A stretch of DNA of 64,000 nucleotides from Leptospiraceae bacterium (lineage in GTDB: Bacteria; Spirochaetota; Leptospiria; Leptospirales; Leptospiraceae): positions 1,541,442 to 1,605,441 of the forward strand of contig JACKPC010000001.1 of the NCBI GenBank assembly GCA_024233835.1, read 5' to 3'. The translations under genes and the position numbers were made by a program. Numbering within the stretch: the first letter of the stretch is position 1; every line of letters begins with the position of its first letter. The notes under the pieces were generated by a model. The model saw nothing but the letters and a program-made list of their open reading frames with translations, had not been told where the DNA came from and made no database searches. This document shows, in pieces, positions 28,510-38,638 of the stretch.

Positions 28510-30330
28510 TTGAATTTTATGTTTTCTAAAAGAATTTTTATCTTCCTGTCTTATTTATTTATTATCCTGAAGTTTACTTCTCTATTATTCGCTGAGAGCC
28601 CGGTCTTTATTCGTCTTAAAGCGGGAAGTATCTATTTTTCTCCTAATAATGATGGGGAGAAGGATACAATTACTTTTCAGATTGAAAAACTGAGTGAAGA
28701 ATTTGAAGTAACCGACTGGCGTCTGGATATCCATGTAGAAAGTGGAACCCTGGTGAAAAGTTTTCACGCAGATAAAAGGCACAAGAGAAGAAATAGTTCA
28801 GTATATTACCTTTTTTCTAAAGATAGCCAGTTAGAAGAAAATAAGATACGACTTCCGGAAAAACTGGAATGGAGCGGGACTGATTTGTCAGGCTTAGTTC
28901 CGAAAGATGGTATCTATTATGCGGTATTGCAGTACAAAGACAATGCGGGGGCTTTGCGTTTTACCCGACCGACTTATTTTTATCTTGATTCAAAAGCCCC
29001 TTATGCTGATTTGCAGTGTAATAGAAGATTTTTTAGTCCGGACAAAGATGGCATATACGATACATTAGAAATTCAGCATAAACTTAAAGCTGATAAAAAA
29101 GATCGATGGAGAGGAAGCTTTCTCGATGAAAAAGGAAAGGAACTTCGTTCTTTTGTCTGGGAAACTCAAAATTTACCCGAAACGATTCACTGGGACGGCA
29201 AGGATGACAGGGGGATTATGCAGGAAACCGGCTTGTACTATTATCGACTTTCGGGAGAAGATTTTTCGGGTAATATTCGGGAGTATAAACTTGGTCCCTT
29301 ATCTTTGCGGAAAGATTCAGTTAATATCGATGTTAATGTAAATCAAAATGAATTTTCTCCGAACGGAGATAAATATAGAGATATTCTTGTTTTCTTTCCC
29401 CAAAAACCGGATAGCTTAGAGATAGATTCTTATTCCTTAAAAATTTATAAAGCCGGAAGTGAAAAGAAAGGTGCTGAAAGAGAATTTAGTGGAGAAAATA
29501 TACTGCCTTCCTTTATCAACTGGGATGGGAAAAATGCCGGAAATAAAGTCTTGGAAGGAAAGTATCTATATAGATTGGATTTGAAGAAGGGTGACAAACT
29601 TTATTCTTCTCTTCCCAAAGAACTTGTTATTCATACAGAACAAATGCATATTTACTTCGGTATCAATCACGAAAATTTTACTCCGGATAATGATGGAGAA
29701 AGAGACATTCTGGAGATTTATCCGGAATTAGAAAATTTAAATATGCAGAATTGGGAAGTTGTTTTAGTTGAAAGATATATATTGCATAAGAAAAGTCGCA
29801 TACGTGTTTTAAAGCGCTGGAAGGGACATGAAAAAATTGCAAAACGACTCGTCTGGGATGGAATTAGCAATGAAGGTGTGGCTTTAAGTTCTCTTGCCCG
29901 TTTAGAATTATACTTCTATTTCACCAATGATTTAGAGGAAAAAAAATATTTCCAGGTAAAGAAATTTCAATCCGGGATTAGTGTAAGACAGGTGAAAGGT
30001 GGTTATAAAATTTCAATTCCTGAGTATGCGATAGAAGGCAGGGAAGAAGAGGTATTAAATCATCTAAAAGATACTCTTAAGCTTTATCCCGGTTATTTAT
30101 TTGAAATTCAGTCTCACTCAAAACAGCCGGGAGATGATAGAACTAACCTCCAGAAAACAGAAAAAAGGGCGGAAGACTTCTTTTTCAAGCTCTACGGCAA
30201 GAAAGAGAAGTTTGATCGCTTTGATTTTCGCGGATATGGAGAAGTGGAACCCCTGTTTTTAAGTGAAAAAAGCTTTTACCAGGAAAAGAACGAAAGGATA
30301 GATATTCATTTTAGCTTACCCGCAAATTAG
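28510..30330 (+). CDS. secreted protein with four FlgD-Ig-like repeats and a C-terminal OmpA-like peptidoglycan-binding domain
   Basis: Signal peptide. Four repeats of FSPNNDGEKDTITF / FSPDKDGIYDTLEI / FSPNGDKYRDILVF / FTPDNDGERDILEI. C-terminal …RAEDFF…GYGEVEPL OmpA-like segment. Confidence 0.65.
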   Translation: MNFMFSKRIFIFLSYLFIILKFTSLLFAESPVFIRLKAGSIYFSPNNDGEKDTITFQIEKLSEEFEVTDWRLDIHVESGTLVKSFHADKRHKRRNSSVYYLFSKDSQLEENKIRLPEKLEWSGTDLSGLVPKDGIYYAVLQYKDNAGALRFTRPTYFYLDSKAPYADLQCNRRFFSPDKDGIYDTLEIQHKLKADKKDRWRGSFLDEKGKELRSFVWETQNLPETIHWDGKDDRGIMQETGLYYYRLSGEDFSGNIREYKLGPLSLRKDSVNIDVNVNQNEFSPNGDKYRDILVFFPQKPDSLEIDSYSLKIYKAGSEKKGAEREFSGENILPSFINWDGKNAGNKVLEGKYLYRLDLKKGDKLYSSLPKELVIHTEQMHIYFGINHENFTPDNDGERDILEIYPELENLNMQNWEVVLVERYILHKKSRIRVLKRWKGHEKIAKRLVWDGISNEGVALSSLARLELYFYFTNDLEEKKYFQVKKFQSGISVRQVKGGYKISIPEYAIEGREEEVLNHLKDTLKLYPGYLFEIQSHSKQPGDDRTNLQKTEKRAEDFFFKLYGKKEKFDRFDFRGYGEVEPLFLSEKSFYQEKNERIDIHFSLPAN

Positions 30331-30335
30331 GTAAG

Positions 30336-30809
30336 CTATTTCCTCATAAGTTCTCGCATATGAACCGGGATATCATCGTAACGGTCATAGCGCTTTTTCT
30401 TGCCGTTAGGTGTGGTCACATAATAGGAACCATTAATTATTTCCATAAAGTAGTTATCCGAACTTTTCTTTTGCTGGGATAATTTGTCCAGTTCCCGAAC
30501 CATATTCTGGAATTGTTTCGGTAGGGATTGCCAGTTTGGATAGGTGTCTACTTTTCCTTTATGGTTTACAATGTATTTTCCTTTATCATGAAGAATTTTG
30601 GTACCTAGGTAGTCAAAAATCTCAGTGACAAGAGAGTCAGATTCATTTAAATCCCTATACCTCATATCAGGAATTTGCAATAGTTTATCTCGCTTTGAAT
30701 TTCCTGTTGACCCCTTCTGTCCCCTGATAAGATAAATAACAAAGATACTCAGGAGTACAAGAAGTAAGAATAGGGATTCAATGGGAGAGTTGAGAAGAAA
30801 GTTTAACAT
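30336..30809 (-). CDS. hypothetical membrane-anchored protein
   Basis: ORF with N-terminal TM. Confidence 0.4.
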   Translation of the reverse strand: MLNFLLNSPIESLFLLLVLLSIFVIYLIRGQKGSTGNSKRDKLLQIPDMRYRDLNESDSLVTEIFDYLGTKILHDKGKYIVNHKGKVDTYPNWQSLPKQFQNMVRELDKLSQQKKSSDNYFMEIINGSYYVTTPNGKKKRYDRYDDIPVHMRELMRK

Positions 30810-30969
30810 TCTCTATTACCTTTTATTACCTCTAATAACAATTGGAACGGTTTTTTTTTCATTTTCTTGCAGACTAAAGGAAAAAACTCTAAGAAAGTTT
30901 ACTATATCCTGAGATTCTGTAAACAAATTTTAGATTTAAAAAGCGATAAATTAGCAAAGAAAGGTTACA

Positions 30970-32052
30970 ATGAAAATAGGCATTGATTGTAGGATGATAC
31001 TTCATTCAGGGATCGGGGTTCACCTGGAAAATATTTTGAAACACCTGCAAAAAGAAGAGGGTTTTACATATTATCTTTTTGCCCCCGGAGAGATCCTTGA
31101 TAAGGTAAAACTTCCTGACTTTTATCAGCATATTGAATACCGGGCCGGAGTTTATTCTCTTTCTGAAATGAGGGGGCACCCCCGCATGTCTGAAATGGAT
31201 TTATTACATATCCCTCATTTTAATGTTCCCTTTCCTTACATAAAGAAATGTATCGTTACTATTCATGATATTATCCCTTACAGAATGAATGAACTTCATA
31301 CCGGTATAAAAAAACGCCTCTATCTATTTTTTAGCCTGTATGCTATCAGGACTTATGCAAAAAAAATCGTAACGGTTTCTGATTTTACGGCAAAAGATCT
31401 GGAGCTGGCCTTTTCCTATCCGCAGGAGCGTATGCAGACCATTTATAATGCGGTAAATACCCGGCTTTTTGTTCCCGGTGAAAAACTAAAAAGTTTTAAG
31501 TCAAAATATAACTTACCCGAACGGTATCTTCTCTCGGTCGGAATTGGGAAAGAACATAAAAATTTGGCTTTTTTGCTGGATGCTCTTCTCCCCCTCTGGA
31601 AAAATGAAAGCTTGAAACTTCCTCTCGTATTGGCCGGTTCGGGAGGAAAGATTCCGGATTATTTAAAGCCTTACCGGGAAGAAGTTGCAGAATTTATATG
31701 GGCCTGCCCGCATTTACCTTATGAAGAACTTCCGGAACTTTATAGAAATGCTGAACTTCTTATATATCCTTCTCTTTATGAAGGTTTCGGTTTTCCTGTT
31801 TTAGAAGCCCAGGCGGTAGCCTGTCCTGTGTATTCATCAAACGCTAGCGTATTACCTGAAATTTTAAAAGATAGTGCTTATTATTTTAACCCGAGAGATA
31901 AGGAAGAGTTACAAAAAGGCTTACTTCATATTCTTTCCTCGGAAGAAAATAGGTTGATGTTTGTAGAAAAGGGACTGAAGAATATAGAACGTTTTAGTTG
32001 GGAACGTTCTGCGGCAGAGTTTTCGAAACTTTACAAAAGTTTCTTAGTTTAA
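30970..32052 (+). CDS. glycosyltransferase family 1 (GT4-type)
   Basis: C-terminal EGFGFPVLEAQAVACPV E-x7-E-like motif of GT-B retaining glycosyltransferases. Confidence 0.8.
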   Translation: MKIGIDCRMILHSGIGVHLENILKHLQKEEGFTYYLFAPGEILDKVKLPDFYQHIEYRAGVYSLSEMRGHPRMSEMDLLHIPHFNVPFPYIKKCIVTIHDIIPYRMNELHTGIKKRLYLFFSLYAIRTYAKKIVTVSDFTAKDLELAFSYPQERMQTIYNAVNTRLFVPGEKLKSFKSKYNLPERYLLSVGIGKEHKNLAFLLDALLPLWKNESLKLPLVLAGSGGKIPDYLKPYREEVAEFIWACPHLPYEELPELYRNAELLIYPSLYEGFGFPVLEAQAVACPVYSSNASVLPEILKDSAYYFNPRDKEELQKGLLHILSSEENRLMFVEKGLKNIERFSWERSAAEFSKLYKSFLV

Positions 32053-32094
32053 AAAGCTTAGTATATTCATAATCCCTAAAATTCTTAGGATCGA

Positions 32095-32310
32095 TTATTT
32101 GGGAGGACGTTTATGTGGTGAAAACATAAAACTTCTTTGCTTTGCTTTGGGAGTATTGCTGTTTTTCTTCTTTTTTTTGGGAGCAGGCTTCTTTTTTTTC
32201 TTTGTTACTTCAATAAAGTCCCCTGCATTATCTTTGATTTCCTGAATAGCGGAGTATGCTGGTACGCTAAGAAATAAACAGACCATAGTCAATATTACGA
32301 ATTGTTTCAT
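32095..32310 (-). CDS. small secreted lysine-rich protein
   Basis: Signal peptide plus K-rich tract. 4-nt overlap with the upstream gene. Confidence 0.3.
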   Translation of the reverse strand: MKQFVILTMVCLFLSVPAYSAIQEIKDNAGDFIEVTKKKKKPAPKKKKKNSNTPKAKQRSFMFSPHKRPPK

Positions 32311-33308
32311 TGTTTTTGCTCCTCGCCTGGTTCTTTTGTATTGGTTTTAGTTTCTTCCGGAACTTCCGGTAAGGGCGGAACTTTTTCTTTTGTTTGTAGG
32401 GCAGCTACAAGTAAAGGATGGCTGTCCAAATTATAGAGGTCCCGGTTCTCGGATGGAATTTTTTCCATTTGCTTTTGAATGTCTTTGATTTCAATATTTT
32501 CACCTGCCAGTTTTTGAATAGCAAGGCTCAGAGCGTAAAAGTAAATACTTCTCTCTTTTATATTTTCTTCAAGTAACCACTGGTATACTTTTTTAGAGTT
32601 TTCATCTCCGTTTTTCGCCAGATCCTGAAGTTTTTGAATTTGCAAGAGATTATCTTTGGAATACTGTATACATTGAGAAGCTAAAATTTTTCTTTCTTTA
32701 GATTCTTCCTGTAGGGAAGCCAACATATAATATAAGCTGGTAATTATATACGATTTTTCAATTCGGATTCCGTAACCTTCTTTTTCCGTATCAAGTTTTT
32801 GAATTTCTTCAAGCAGGGCTTTGGATTTATTTTTTACATCAAGGCTTAGGGCAGGGCTTGTATCAATTTCATTGAACTTACTGGTAAGCTTATAAAATTC
32901 GGTTACAAGTTCGTTATATCTTTCTTTCGATATGGGCTCATTTGTTTTTTCTTCGATTTGAGGTTTACCTGTTTCCTTAATTGTTGGCACGTTTTCTCTT
33001 GTATCTGTTTTTTGTGGGATAACGAGGCTTGCCGGGGAAAAAAAATAGATAATTACAAAAACGGCTATAGCTCCACCTGCCTTGACAATTCCGCTCGCAT
33101 TTACATTCAAGGAACCCGGAAGCATAGCACCGATTCCCGCTCCGGCCAGTGCGAGAACAATTGTAATGATATTTTTTTGGAACTCTGTAGGTTCTTTTAA
33201 AAATATTACTACAAACAAGAGGATAAGGACAAACACTACACCAAAGATAAAAGCGGCTACTCTTTCGGCTGTGTGGGAACTTGTAGATTGCTGTTTCGAT
33301 ACCGGCAT
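32307..33308 (-). CDS. hypothetical membrane protein with coiled-coil region
   Basis: ORF with 3-4 N-terminal TM segments. Confidence 0.4.
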   Translation of the reverse strand: MPVSKQQSTSSHTAERVAAFIFGVVFVLILLFVVIFLKEPTEFQKNIITIVLALAGAGIGAMLPGSLNVNASGIVKAGGAIAVFVIIYFFSPASLVIPQKTDTRENVPTIKETGKPQIEEKTNEPISKERYNELVTEFYKLTSKFNEIDTSPALSLDVKNKSKALLEEIQKLDTEKEGYGIRIEKSYIITSLYYMLASLQEESKERKILASQCIQYSKDNLLQIQKLQDLAKNGDENSKKVYQWLLEENIKERSIYFYALSLAIQKLAGENIEIKDIQKQMEKIPSENRDLYNLDSHPLLVAALQTKEKVPPLPEVPEETKTNTKEPGEEQKQ

Positions 33309-33576
33309 AAGCTAAACTGAATTTATTATACAAAAGCTGTCAAACGAAAAAGTTTTTAGATACTATAGCTTTTTCAGTTTAAATTAAATAAGTACATTCT
33401 AAAACTCTAAATTATTTTTGATTATTTTACTCTTACCGAAAGTAGAAATATCCTTATCCTAAAAAAAGATAGGAGAAAAATAATTTTTTTAGTATAGTAA
33501 AAGCAGTTGTTCAATTCAATCTTGGAAAATAAATTGATTGAAACAAATAATTTCATACCAATACAAGGAGGTATAA

Positions 33577-34803
33577 ATGAGTGCTAAAAATTTACCCAGG
33601 CCGATAGGTATTTTATTTGAATACTCTGCCTTTTTAATTGTGGGATCCCTGCTTGCTCTTTTTTGGGCGAACATCAATTACGATTCATACCACGGTTTTG
33701 TTCATCATGATCTTATCTCAAACCTCAAACATAGCAGTATACATTTTGTGGTAAACGATATTTTTATGGTGTTCTTCTTCGGAATCGCGATGAAGGAAGT
33801 TACCGAAGCTTTCTTGCCGGGAGGTTCGCTTTCCTCTTTTGACAAGGCAGCCCTTCCGGTTATCGGAACTATCGGAGGGGTTGTAGGTCCTGCCACTCTG
33901 TTTGTGGTTCTGGCTTTACTTTTTAAACAGGGACATGCACAAACAGCCATGCTTCATGGTTGGGCGATTCCTACAGCTACTGATATAGCCTATTCCTGGC
34001 TTTTTGCTAAGATTGTCTTTGGAGCCAGTCACCCGGCTGTTACTTTCCTTCTGGTTCTGGCTGTTTTAGACGACCTTATCGGGATGGGAATTATTGCCAT
34101 TTTTTACTCCTCTGATATTAAAGTGATGTATCTCGGTCTTCTGGCCCTGGGAATGGCAATGGCTTTCGGTCTTCGTAAGATGAATGTAAAAAACTTCTGG
34201 CCCTATGTACTTTTAGGGGGAATTCCGGCCTGGTTCGGTCTTTTATATACCGGGGTTCATTCCAGTTTGGCCCTGGTGTTTATAGTACCCTTTATGCCGG
34301 CAGCCATTGATGGAGAGGATAAATTTTTTGATTCGGAAGAAATGGAAGAAGAGCATGATACTCTTAATGCCTTTGAACACTTCTTTAAATCTCCCGTAGA
34401 CATAGGTCTTTTCTTTTTCGGTCTGGCGAATGCAGGAGTTCCGGCAGAAGCAGCGGGTCTTGGAACAGCAATTACCATTTCTTCTATCTTTTTTGGAAAA
34501 ACTTTTGGTATTTTCCTGTTTTCCATGATTGGAAACAAGGTATTTAAAATGGCTTTCCCTGATCATACAGGTTATAAGGAACTCTTTGTCCTGGGGGTAG
34601 TGGCGGCTATAGGCTTCACTGTGGCTATTTTTGTAACGACTGTAGCTTTTGGAGAACCACCGGCAGCCCTGAAAGGAGAGGAATTTAAAGGAATCCTTAT
34701 TGCTTATGAAAAAGAAATGAAAATGGGTGCTTTACTCAGTTTCCTTTCCGGCTTTACAGCTTTAGTGCTCGGAAAAGTGTTAAAAATCAAAAAAGTAGAG
34801 TGA
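33577..34803 (+). CDS. nhaA: Na+/H+ antiporter NhaA
   Basis: 408 aa, about 12 TM. Overall similarity to NhaA including discontinuous helices around …ATDIAYS… and …DDLIGMGIIA…. Strong SD AAGGAGG. Confidence 0.75.
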   Translation: MSAKNLPRPIGILFEYSAFLIVGSLLALFWANINYDSYHGFVHHDLISNLKHSSIHFVVNDIFMVFFFGIAMKEVTEAFLPGGSLSSFDKAALPVIGTIGGVVGPATLFVVLALLFKQGHAQTAMLHGWAIPTATDIAYSWLFAKIVFGASHPAVTFLLVLAVLDDLIGMGIIAIFYSSDIKVMYLGLLALGMAMAFGLRKMNVKNFWPYVLLGGIPAWFGLLYTGVHSSLALVFIVPFMPAAIDGEDKFFDSEEMEEEHDTLNAFEHFFKSPVDIGLFFFGLANAGVPAEAAGLGTAITISSIFFGKTFGIFLFSMIGNKVFKMAFPDHTGYKELFVLGVVAAIGFTVAIFVTTVAFGEPPAALKGEEFKGILIAYEKEMKMGALLSFLSGFTALVLGKVLKIKKVE

Positions 34804-34835
34804 GAATATAAGATCTCATTTTCCCCGAAGGCGAA

Positions 34836-34856
34836 CCATCGGTGGTTCGCTTTCAA
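34836..34856. terminator. palindromic hairpin GGCGAACCATCGGTGGTTCGC between convergent genes
   Basis: Same family as 715-736. Lies between the nhaA stop and the stop of the 34864-35145 gene. Confidence 0.45.
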
Positions 34857-34863
34857 GCCAGTC

Positions 34864-35145
34864 TTATTTATTCAGATAGAGCATCAAGTTCATCGAAAAA
34901 TCACAGACCGTGTCACAATTGGAATGGCAGGATTGAACGCAGGGGTAAAGAGTGTTCGTAACCGCGTCGGCACTTAAACCACACTGTCCGGCACAACTAT
35001 TCTTACAGGCTTCCTTACTCCCTCCTGTGCAGCTTATCAAAAATGTAAAAATTGACTTTTCCAGACTATCATCCTTCCGAGAAGAGCAGGATGAGAACAG
35101 AAAAAGAGAAAAAATTAGAATAAAAATATGAAAAAGTGATTTCAT
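34864..35145 (-). CDS. small Cys-rich lipoprotein
   Basis: Lipobox …LFSSC. 12 Cys in 93 aa. Confidence 0.4.
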   Translation of the reverse strand: MKSLFHIFILIFSLFLFSSCSSRKDDSLEKSIFTFLISCTGGSKEACKNSCAGQCGLSADAVTNTLYPCVQSCHSNCDTVCDFSMNLMLYLNK

Positions 35146-35189
35146 TCTTACAGCATTTTAGGAAACAATTCATACGTCAATTACTCTAA

Positions 35190-35402
35190 TTGGAGGAGAA
35201 GGTGTTACTGAACGGAAAGTTGTATTCTCTCGAAACCCTCAAAGAAAAAAACTTACTGTCTCTTCTGAATTCTTTGGAAATTAATCCATCTACCATTGCA
35301 ATTGAGAAGAATGGAGATATTATACCCAGAGAAGATTGGGAAAAAACCGAGTTAATGGCAGACGATGAATTAGAATTGATCAAGTTTGTTGGAGGAGGCT
35401 GA
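35190..35402 (+). CDS. thiS: sulfur carrier protein ThiS
   Basis: About 66 aa, C-terminal GG, overlaps thiE start. Probable GTG start at 35199. Confidence 0.7.
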   Translation: MEEKVLLNGKLYSLETLKEKNLLSLLNSLEINPSTIAIEKNGDIIPREDWEKTELMADDELELIKFVGGG

Positions 35403-36043
35403 TGTTTTCTGAAATTCCCGGATTATATCCTATTCTTGATTTCTCCTTCTTAAACAGAGAGGGACTCAAATGGGAAGATGTTTTAAAAACCTGGGAAGCT
35501 TATAAAGAGGTAATTCCTTTTATTCAGCTTAGAGCGAAAGACTTAAGCGAGACAGATTATGAAAAGACTTATCTTAAAATTAAAGAAAGCACTGCGTTTC
35601 CAATTATTATCAATGATTTTTATGAGCTGGCCATTCGCTTAAAGGCTTTTGGCTTTCATCTTGGAAAAGAAGAATACGAAGCTTTGAGCCCAAAAGAGAA
35701 AGATTCTCTGAAGGAAAATACCTGCCTTCGGGGAACCTCTTCTCATTCTCTAAAGGATTTAGAAGAATTAGATACTTCCCTCTGGCATTATACCGGCTTC
35801 GGACCTATTTTTCCAACCTCGTCTAAAAAGACTTCATATCCGGTACTGGGTACTCAAATAATAAAAGAAGCTATAAAGATTAGTCCGATTCCTATTACCT
35901 GTATCGGAGGAATTAATGAAATGAATCTTCAGGAGATATTTCAGTATTCATCTCCTTCTATGATTACCTGTATAGAAGCTGCCTGTAAAGAAGAAAGTTT
36001 TTATCAGCTAATTAAGGTTTTTAAAACTTTTCAGAAAAGATAA
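35402..36043 (+). CDS. thiE: thiamine-phosphate synthase ThiE
   Basis: 213 aa. YPILD N-terminus and TIM-barrel ThiE-like pattern. Coupled to thiS. Confidence 0.6.
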   Translation: MFSEIPGLYPILDFSFLNREGLKWEDVLKTWEAYKEVIPFIQLRAKDLSETDYEKTYLKIKESTAFPIIINDFYELAIRLKAFGFHLGKEEYEALSPKEKDSLKENTCLRGTSSHSLKDLEELDTSLWHYTGFGPIFPTSSKKTSYPVLGTQIIKEAIKISPIPITCIGGINEMNLQEIFQYSSPSMITCIEAACKEESFYQLIKVFKTFQKR

Positions 36044-36091
36044 ATAAATTTCTTGCAGTCTTCTTAATTAATATATAATACAAATGGGAAG

Positions 36092-38638
36092 ATGGCTATG
36101 AAATCTTTATTCATACTTTTATTTTTATTCTTGTCTTCGTTTTTTACTCTAAGGGCTGTTCCCTCTATTAATTTAATACAGGACTGTGAAACAGATACCT
36201 ATACCTGTAAGCCGAGAACCTGGTATTATAACCCTGTTTTTTCTGATAATTTTCTTCGGATGAAGCTTCCGGATTCGAATTGGAAGCCGGTAAAGTTTCC
36301 GATTACAGTGAGAAGCCTGCATAAAGGAAACGAAACTTTTATTGATTATGCTTTTTTTACAGAAATAAATGTTACGAAAGAGTTTTTACAAAAAGTTTCT
36401 CACCCCACTATACATTTAAGCTACATTGGCTCTGCTTTTTCGATTTATATGAATGGAAAGCTTATTGCAAAGGAAGGGGAGTTTAAAGATGGGCAAATGA
36501 CATTTTACAGAGCTTTGCGGCATCATAACTGGCCTATAGACAAGTTGTTATTTATTGAAGGAAAAAATTTCCTCCTGATACGAATCTCCGGTGATCCAAG
36601 GTATTCAGGCACCGGTTTTTATTATAAGGATGGGTATCATATTACCGAACATGCTGTGGCTGAGTATGAAAGTCGAGATTGGGCCGGAACTATCTTAACG
36701 TTTTTATATCTTGCCTTCGGTTTTTATCACCTTTTCTTATTTATTAAACGCAGGCAGGAAGTATATAACCTAACATATGCTTTGCTTTCTATTGATATAT
36801 TTATTTACTTTATCTGTCGTATTGGAATTCCTCTTGATTACCGGGGGCTTGACTCTATGTACATAGAGCGAATGGAGTATTTCTTTCTCTTCTATGCCAA
36901 TACCCTTATATACATCTTTATTGATCAGTTATTTGAAAGAAGAATAAGTTTATTTAGCAAGTTCTGTCTTTTTATTTCTTTAATTCTTTCTATGGCTGTA
37001 CTATTTGCTCCTGCTTATTTTACGGAATATCTATTACTTGCCTGGCAGATTAGTGCTTTGCTCAGTGTTCCTTATGGTTTTAGCGTTCTTATTCGACATA
37101 TAAAGTTAAAAAATAAAAATGCGATGGCTCTCCTGATTGGCTTGAGTATGTACATTATTGTAGTTATTTATGATATAGCCAATTCTATGTTTTTAAATTA
37201 TTCTATATACTTAGCCAAATATGCGTTCTTTTCGTTTATCGTAGGAATTGCCGTGGTTCTGGCTAATCGGTTTTTAAACCTGTATGAAACAGTTGAGGAT
37301 TTGAACGAGAACCTGGAACGTAAAGTGGAGAAGAGAACAAGGGAATTGCAGCATTCGTTTGAAGAAATAAAAAATTTAAAAGAAAAACAGGATGGAGATT
37401 ATTTCTTAACCACTTTGCTTTTTAAACCTCTTATGTCTAATGTAAATAAAAAAGCAAATTTAAAAATCGAGTTTTTACTGAAACAAAAAAAACAATTTCA
37501 ATTTAAAGGAAAAGAACATGAAATCGGAGGAGATATTTGTATATCAGATAGTATTTATCTGGAAGAAAAAGAATATGCAGTGTTTATAAATGGAGATGCA
37601 ATGGGCAAGTCCATACAGGGAGCAGGAGGAGCTATTGTTTTGGGTGTTGTTTTTAAATCTATCCTTTCCCGAACCAGACTTCTTAAAGAAATGCAAAAAG
37701 TCAGTCCGGAGGAATGGTTAAAATTAGCTTTTATTGAATTACAGAATGTTTTTGAGTCCTTCGATTGTTCCATGCTGATTTCTATTGTAATGGGACTTGT
37801 CGATGTTGAGACAGGAATGATGTATTATATCAATGCAGAACATCCATTTATCTGTTTATATAGGGATGATAAGGCTTCTTTTTTAGATACGGAATTGTCT
37901 TTGAGTAAAGTTGGAATTCCGGGATTATATAATCCTATACAGGTTTCCACTTTTACCTTAAATAAGGATGATGTAATAATAATGGGTTCAGATGGAAGGG
38001 ATGATCTCAAGATTGAAATGGGTGATGTTCTGGTAATGAATGAAGATGAAACTTTATTTCTTTCTATGATAGAAAAAGGGCAGGGAAAATTGGAGTTAAT
38101 TTACAAAGCCTTGCTGGAGGTTGGGGAAATAACTGATGATCTAAGCTTATTGAAGATCTCCTATTATGGAAGGAGTGAGCAGGTTGTGAATGAAAAAGAT
38201 AGGAAACTTCTTGAACAGGGAATTGAACTATTACAAAAAGGAAAAGAAGAGGGATTAAATATATTAAATAGTATTGAAATGTTGCTTCCTTTACTGACAC
38301 AGGCCAGTAGAGCTATTGTAAGCTATCTTGAGGATAATAATCGCTACAAGGATGCTGCGATAAAATTAGAAGAATATATTAATTTTTATCCCTGGGATGA
38401 AAAAGCCATTCTGGAACTTTCGAAAAACTATTTGATTATAAAAGATTATCCGAAAGCATTATTTTATGCGAATAAACTTAAACTCCGAAAACCCGATGAT
38501 AAAGAAGTTCTTTACCATCTTTTGAGTATTTACCTGGAATTAAAAGAAAAAGATAAGTCTATTAAAACACTTGATAAAATTCTACATTACTACCCGAATG
38601 ATAAAAAAGCCCAGTTATTAAAAGCAGATATTAAATAA
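36092..38638 (+). CDS. 7TM-DISM-type membrane sensor fused to PP2C/SpoIIE-family serine phosphatase with C-terminal TPR-like repeats
   Basis: N-terminal extracytoplasmic domain plus 7 TM. GGDICISD…FINGDAMGKSIQGAG PP2C metal-binding motifs. TPR-like C-terminus. Confidence 0.7.
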   Translation: MAMKSLFILLFLFLSSFFTLRAVPSINLIQDCETDTYTCKPRTWYYNPVFSDNFLRMKLPDSNWKPVKFPITVRSLHKGNETFIDYAFFTEINVTKEFLQKVSHPTIHLSYIGSAFSIYMNGKLIAKEGEFKDGQMTFYRALRHHNWPIDKLLFIEGKNFLLIRISGDPRYSGTGFYYKDGYHITEHAVAEYESRDWAGTILTFLYLAFGFYHLFLFIKRRQEVYNLTYALLSIDIFIYFICRIGIPLDYRGLDSMYIERMEYFFLFYANTLIYIFIDQLFERRISLFSKFCLFISLILSMAVLFAPAYFTEYLLLAWQISALLSVPYGFSVLIRHIKLKNKNAMALLIGLSMYIIVVIYDIANSMFLNYSIYLAKYAFFSFIVGIAVVLANRFLNLYETVEDLNENLERKVEKRTRELQHSFEEIKNLKEKQDGDYFLTTLLFKPLMSNVNKKANLKIEFLLKQKKQFQFKGKEHEIGGDICISDSIYLEEKEYAVFINGDAMGKSIQGAGGAIVLGVVFKSILSRTRLLKEMQKVSPEEWLKLAFIELQNVFESFDCSMLISIVMGLVDVETGMMYYINAEHPFICLYRDDKASFLDTELSLSKVGIPGLYNPIQVSTFTLNKDDVIIMGSDGRDDLKIEMGDVLVMNEDETLFLSMIEKGQGKLELIYKALLEVGEITDDLSLLKISYYGRSEQVVNEKDRKLLEQGIELLQKGKEEGLNILNSIEMLLPLLTQASRAIVSYLEDNNRYKDAAIKLEEYINFYPWDEKAILELSKNYLIIKDYPKALFYANKLKLRKPDDKEVLYHLLSIYLELKEKDKSIKTLDKILHYYPNDKKAQLLKADIK

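Noticed and set aside
35146-35200. TPP riboswitch upstream of thiS-thiE
   Set aside because: Only about 45 bp separate thiS from the divergent lipoprotein gene. No CUGAGA…ACCUGAUCUGG-type THI-box is visible.
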